54,740 nucleotides of DNA from Gammaproteobacteria bacterium (GTDB taxonomy: Bacteria; Pseudomonadota; Gammaproteobacteria; Pseudomonadales; Pseudohongiellaceae): positions 1-54,740 of the forward strand of contig JASBUV010000164.1 in the NCBI GenBank assembly GCA_030147705.1. Direction: 5' to 3'. Below the pieces are notes generated by a model, which was given only the letters and a program-made list of their open reading frames with translations, was not told where the DNA came from and searched no databases. Positions 46,738 through 54,740 of the stretch are shown piece by piece. Positions within the stretch are counted from its first letter, which is position 1. The number at the start of each line of letters is the position of its first letter. The position numbers and the translations under genes are program-made.

Positions 46738-47691
46738 ATGGACCCGAATTATCTTGATTTCGAGCAGCCGATAGCCGAGCTGGAAGCAAAGATCAGAGAA
46801 CTGCGCCTGGTGGGCAGTGATGGTGAACTGGATATCAATGAAGAAATCCAGAATCTGCAGAAAAAAAGTACCCGGCTTACGGAGAAGATCTACGCGAACC
46901 TCTCTTCCTGGCAAATTTCACAAGTCGCCCGACACCCTCTGCGGCCTTACACCCTGGATTATATCAGTCACATTTTTACTGATTTCGATCAGCTCCACGG
47001 TGACCGCCTTTTCGCAGATGATCTTGCCATCATCGGTGGTGTTGCCTATCTCGATCAGCGCCCGGTGATGGTAATCGGGCATCAGAAAGGACGCGGGACC
47101 AAAGACAAGGTTCGACATAATTTCGGTATGCCCAGGCCTGAAGGGTACCGTAAAGCCCGGCGTCTGGTTGAACTGGCTGAGCGCTACCGACTACCTGTAC
47201 TCACCTTTATTGATACACCGGGCGCCTACCCGGGCATGGATTCCGAGGAGCGTGGTATCAATGAAGCAATCGCCGAAAATATGGCCATGATGTCTGCAGT
47301 GAAGACACCGCTCATCGCCACGGTCACCGGAGAAGCAAATTCAGGAGGTGCTATCGCGATTGGTGTAGCCGATCAATTGAACATGCTGCAGTACTCGACC
47401 TATACCGTGATCACTCCAGAGGGCTGTGCAACCATCCTGTGGAAATCGTCCGATTACGCCGCAAACGCTGCAGAGGCGATGGGGGTTACGTCAAAGCGTC
47501 TGGAAGAATTGGGCATCGTTGATCAAACCATAGCCGAGCCACTGGGCGGAGCTCATCGTGATGTGGCAGCGACGGCCGCGAACATCAAGAATGCACTGAA
47601 TGAGCAGCTCGATCGACTACAAGCTATGCCCATAGAAGATCTGGTCGCGCGGCGCTATCAACGTTTAATGAGCTACGGCATCAGCTCCTGA
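46738..47691 (+). CDS. accA: acetyl-CoA carboxylase carboxyltransferase alpha subunit
   Basis: [24 protein letters not shown] and GGAHR motifs. Confidence 0.95.
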   Translation: MDPNYLDFEQPIAELEAKIRELRLVGSDGELDINEEIQNLQKKSTRLTEKIYANLSSWQISQVARHPLRPYTLDYISHIFTDFDQLHGDRLFADDLAIIGGVAYLDQRPVMVIGHQKGRGTKDKVRHNFGMPRPEGYRKARRLVELAERYRLPVLTFIDTPGAYPGMDSEERGINEAIAENMAMMSAVKTPLIATVTGEANSGGAIAIGVADQLNMLQYSTYTVITPEGCATILWKSSDYAANAAEAMGVTSKRLEELGIVDQTIAEPLGGAHRDVAATAANIKNALNEQLDRLQAMPIEDLVARRYQRLMSYGISS

Positions 47692-47874
47692 TAGCGCAAA
47701 CAGTACAACGCAAAAAGTACAAATAGTGCAAACAGGGCAGGCTGGATAACAAGAGTGCATCAATCGCGTGCTGGAGCAATGTCATTGCAGTACGAGATCA
47801 GCACCCAAGCAACGCAAACAAATCGCGCATCCTGATTGCTCAATCCCAGCTCGGTCTGGTTGACGGCTCCCATT

Positions 47875-49224
47875 ATGGAAATTCTGTTAGACGAATTGCA
47901 GGCAGCGCTGCAACGGAGCGCTGTGTCGCGCCTCTTGCTTGCCTATAGTGGCGGCCTCGATTCAAGCTGTTTGCTGCACGCGGTGACCCAGCTTCGAAAA
48001 GGCAGCGACCTTCAAATTCGCGCAATCCATATCAACCATGGTATCCATCCCGAGTCTGATGAATGGCAACGCCATTGCGAGCAGACTTGTACCCTGATGG
48101 GCATCGAGTTGGTGAGCGAGAGGCTGGAGCTTGGCAGCCAAACCAGCGAGGATGATGCCCGGCGAGCAAGGTACAAGGCGTTCGAAGCAGCGTTGCGGCG
48201 TGGTGAAACATTGCTGATGGCTCACCATCTTGATGATCAGCTCGAAACCCTCCTCTTGCGCCTGGCGCGTGGCTCAGGACTCTCCGGACTTAGCGGTATG
48301 CCGCATGAGCGACGGCTTGGGCATGGGCAGTTGCTCAGACCCTGGATAACGCTCAAGCGCAGCGACTTGCAGCGCTATGCTGAGCAGGAACAGTTGCACT
48401 GGGTCGAGGATACTTCCAATTCGGGCGTACTCTATGACCGTAATTATTGCCGCAATCAGCTCTTGCCGCTGGTGGAGCAGCGCTGGCCTGCTTACCGTGA
48501 AAGCTGGAGCAAGAGTCAGACGTTGCTGGCGGAGAGTGCTGAGTTACTCGCTGAGCTTGCACGTGACGATGTGTCACGACTCTCTGAGAGCGGGCAGGAA
48601 TTGGATCTGACAGAGCTGCAGACATTGAGTCCGGCACGCCAGCGCAATGCCTTGCGGCACTGGCTCTCTGAGCTGGGTCTCGAATTACCGGGTTGGCAAC
48701 AGCTCCATCAGCTGCAAAATGAATTCATTGCCGGGCGTAGCGATTCGAGGAATGTCTTCGATCTGGGGCAGTTTTATATCCAGCGCTTTCAGCAGCGACT
48801 CTATGTATTGCAGCACCCCTCCGAAGGCAAAATCCTGCAACCCTGTGTGTGGGACTGCGCGGCGCAGAGCGATCTGCAATTAACCGGGAACGGGCGCCTG
48901 CTGGCTAACGCCACATTATCCGCAGGAATCAGCAGTACTCATGCAGGCGCATTGCAGGTGCGTTATCGAGAAGGGGGGGAATCTGTACGATTGCCCGGTC
49001 GACCAGAGAAGACCCTGAAAAAGCTGTTGCAGGAAGAACACGTACCGCCATGGCTGAGAGAGCGATTGCCGCTGATTTTTGCAGATGACCAGCTTGTGTG
49101 TGTGCCCGGACTCGGTGTAGCAGAGAAATTTGGCGCGGGTGAAGGCGAGGAGGGCTGGGAGATTCACTGGGAACCGCCTGAATCGCTGGCTCCTTTACGG
49201 CCCAGGGAGAGCACTTTGAACTGA
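47875..49224 (+). CDS. tilS: tRNA(Ile)-lysidine synthase
   Basis: PP-loop LLAYSGGLDS and HHLDDQLET. Start set at ATG 47875. Confidence 0.88.
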   Translation: MEILLDELQAALQRSAVSRLLLAYSGGLDSSCLLHAVTQLRKGSDLQIRAIHINHGIHPESDEWQRHCEQTCTLMGIELVSERLELGSQTSEDDARRARYKAFEAALRRGETLLMAHHLDDQLETLLLRLARGSGLSGLSGMPHERRLGHGQLLRPWITLKRSDLQRYAEQEQLHWVEDTSNSGVLYDRNYCRNQLLPLVEQRWPAYRESWSKSQTLLAESAELLAELARDDVSRLSESGQELDLTELQTLSPARQRNALRHWLSELGLELPGWQQLHQLQNEFIAGRSDSRNVFDLGQFYIQRFQQRLYVLQHPSEGKILQPCVWDCAAQSDLQLTGNGRLLANATLSAGISSTHAGALQVRYREGGESVRLPGRPEKTLKKLLQEEHVPPWLRERLPLIFADDQLVCVPGLGVAEKFGAGEGEEGWEIHWEPPESLAPLRPRESTLN

Positions 49225-49288
49225 CTCAATGCGTGCTGTGCGGTAACATTCAATTGTTAACAGAGGGGGCTTCTGGTAAGCTGTAGTT

Positions 49289-51043
<1,755 letters not shown>

Positions 51044-51067
51044 GCGACTGCGCTGTCCAACTAATAG

Positions 51068-51940
<873 letters not shown>

Positions 51941-51974
51941 TCGATTTAGATTTAAATTTAATTACATAGATTAA

Positions 51975-53282
<1,308 letters not shown>

Positions 53283-53355
53283 CTGATTGCGCTATCAGAT
53301 GTCCCCGGGGTCAAAGCGTGCTGCTGATGACCACCGATAAGAGAAGCTGTCACGA

Positions 53356-53625
53356 ATGAAAGTGCTGTTTACAATTTTGGGCATGATTATTCTTACGCTG
53401 CAGTACCAACTGTGGCTCGGGGACGATAGCGTGCGCGCGCTCAATCTGCTGGAAGAGGAGCTGCGTGCACAGCAGGAGGTTAACGATGCTCTGGCTGCGC
53501 GCAATGAAATCCTCGAAGTCGAAGTTCTGGATCTGAAGAACGGTCTGGAAGCGGTAGAGGAAAGAGCGCGTTCAGAGCTCGGTATGATCGCGGAAGACGA
53601 AGTCTTTTACCTGATCATCGACTAG
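53356..53625 (+). CDS. ftsB: cell division protein FtsB
   Basis: 89 aa with an N-terminal TM segment followed by a coiled coil (LQYQLWLGDDSV...LKNGLEAVEERARSELGM). It occupies the conserved eno-ftsB-ispD position. Confidence 0.85.
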   Translation: MKVLFTILGMIILTLQYQLWLGDDSVRALNLLEEELRAQQEVNDALAARNEILEVEVLDLKNGLEAVEERARSELGMIAEDEVFYLIID

Positions 53626-53676
53626 TCATTTGGTCCCGCAAGTGTCCTATATTTCACGTCTGTCCGAGCCATCGCG

Positions 53677-54375
53677 ATGACTATCTGGGCAATCGTTCCG
53701 GCTGCTGGCGTGGGTTCACGCATGGCAGCTGGTAACCCACACAATCTCCCCAAACAGTATCGCCCTCTCGGTGAAAAAACTGTGCTTTCGCATACCTTGG
53801 GCAAACTGCTTGCTGTGCCCGACGTGGTCTCAGTCACTGTCGCTATTGGTGCAGAAGATGGTTATTGGCAAAGTATTCCAGAAAGTACGCATTCGAGGGT
53901 TCATACTGTCATCGGGGGAACGGAGCGAATGTTCTCCGTGCTCAATGCCTTGCAGGCGCTTAAAGCGGAACGAGATGATTGGGTGTTGGTGCACGATGCG
54001 GTTCGCCCCTGCGTCCTGGTATCCGATATCGAGCGCCTCATCGCTCACCTCAAAGATCATCCTGTGGGTGGATTGCTGGGCTGCGCTGTGGACAATACGA
54101 TTAAACAGATTGGCGCGCAGGGTGAGGTCGTGAAGACGGTAGACAGGGATTCGCTATGCAACGCTCTGACGCCGCAGATGTTCCGCTTTGGCGTATTACA
54201 GGCAGCGCTGCAGAGAGCCAGTGAGTTGGGGCTGCCTGTGACTGACGAGGCGTCCGCGGTCGAACTGGCGGGATTACAGCCGCAGCTGGTGCTCGGCGAC
54301 AAGTCCAACATCAAGATCACCCATGAGGGAGATCTGGCGCTTGCCGAGTTGCTGTTGAGTAGTGGCGCAGAATGA
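53677..54375 (+). CDS. ispD: 2-C-methyl-D-erythritol 4-phosphate cytidylyltransferase
   Basis: AIVPAAGVGSRM, VLVHDAVRP and NIKITHEGDL motifs. Confidence 0.92.
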   Translation: MTIWAIVPAAGVGSRMAAGNPHNLPKQYRPLGEKTVLSHTLGKLLAVPDVVSVTVAIGAEDGYWQSIPESTHSRVHTVIGGTERMFSVLNALQALKAERDDWVLVHDAVRPCVLVSDIERLIAHLKDHPVGGLLGCAVDNTIKQIGAQGEVVKTVDRDSLCNALTPQMFRFGVLQAALQRASELGLPVTDEASAVELAGLQPQLVLGDKSNIKITHEGDLALAELLLSSGAE

Positions 54376-54526
54376 TTTGCGGACAATGCCTGTCCAGTCA
54401 GCGGTACTGGGTTCAGGTGATCGAGAACACGTGATAGCTGCGGAGTCATTGCCCGCTAAACAGAAAACATCTTCTTAGAGAAAAAACAGGAACCCAGGGT
54501 GGTAATTTCCCAGTATGCAAACTGAT

Positions 54527-54740
54527 ATGCGAATTGGACATGGTTTCGATGTGCATCGTTTTGCTTCCGAGTTCAATGCCGATAAACCATTGATTCTCGG
54601 TGGCTGCCTGATACCTGAGCAGCGTTCGCTATTGGCTCACTCAGATGGTGATGTCGTTCTGCATGCGCTTTGCGATGCGTTACTGGGGGCCGCTGCACTC
54701 GGTGATATTGGCGAACACTTTCCGGACACAGACGAACAGA
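54527..54740 (+). CDS. ispF: 2-C-methyl-D-erythritol 2,4-cyclodiphosphate synthase (5' partial, runs off window)
   Basis: My own translation from 54515 reads [16 protein letters not shown]...[34 protein letters not shown], which contains the IspF zinc and substrate motifs. It is not in the ORF track because no stop falls inside the window. The start is ATG 54527 or 54515. Confidence 0.88.
   Translation, partial: MRIGHGFDVHRFASEFNADKPLILGGCLIPEQRSLLAHSDGDVVLHALCDALLGAAALGDIGEHFPDTDEQ

Noticed and set aside
43523-46789. Three long minus-strand ORFs (257, 295 and 292 aa) antisense to dnaE. Similar 200-245-aa antisense ORFs lie opposite mucD (6180-6905), rsmJ (20396-21076), cdsA (31804-32439), rseP (34140-34760), lpxA (40519-41148) and pyrG/kdsA (50810-51544).
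   Set aside because: All lie wholly opposite well-supported conserved genes. Their products are Arg/His/Gln-rich with no motifs, and they lack SD or promoter context. These are typical shadow frames at this GC content.
47692-47874. CAAA/GTACAA-rich low-complexity stretch (GCAAACAGTACAACGCAAAAAGTACAAATAGTGCAAACAGG) in the accA-tilS spacer.
   Set aside because: The repeats are short, degenerate and show no consistent period or inverted symmetry. They are most simply A-rich spacer and promoter DNA. This is not enough evidence to propose an element.

Overview
This 54.7 kb window is core chromosome from a gammaproteobacterium whose gene order closely follows the Pseudomonas/marine-gamma pattern. 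I call 50 protein genes, almost all housekeeping. They fall into these blocks:
- ygfZ / sdhE-ygfX / nadB / rpoE-rseA-mucD-lepA-lepB-DUF4845-rnc-era-recO
- cysM-rlmD-mazG-adk
- a stand-alone Lys/Ala-rich repeat gene
- tsaB-uppP-rsmJ
- the minus-strand block dapE-dapD-arsC-like-glnD-map
- the long conserved cluster rpsB-tsf-pyrH-frr-uppS-cdsA-dxr-rseP-bamA-skp-lpxD-fabZ-lpxA-lpxB-rnhB-dnaE-accA-tilS-pyrG-kdsA-eno-ftsB-ispD-ispF (ispF is cut by the window end)

I found no rRNA, tRNA, CRISPR array, transposase, integrase, phage gene or recognisable defence or secretion module. I therefore cannot point to a multi-gene novel system.

The feature least explained by standard annotation is a 569-codon gene at 17018-18727. 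Its product is almost entirely K, A and V, with a hierarchical repeat architecture that includes a 330-nt tandem duplication. It has its own AT-rich upstream region and its own terminators, and it sits between adk and tsaB.

Other points worth a second look:
- an ~85-residue acidic-then-AKKKAP-repeat tail on ribosomal protein S2
- a stripped-down sigma-E locus with no rseB/rseC, unusually long non-coding spacers and twin GAACTT-N16-TCT promoter motifs
- rlmD overlapping mazG with no relA between them
- a perfect palindrome between sdhE and ygfX
- a structured pyrG leader that could occlude the Shine-Dalgarno sequence

All calls rest on reading the translations and sequence by eye. No database search was run.
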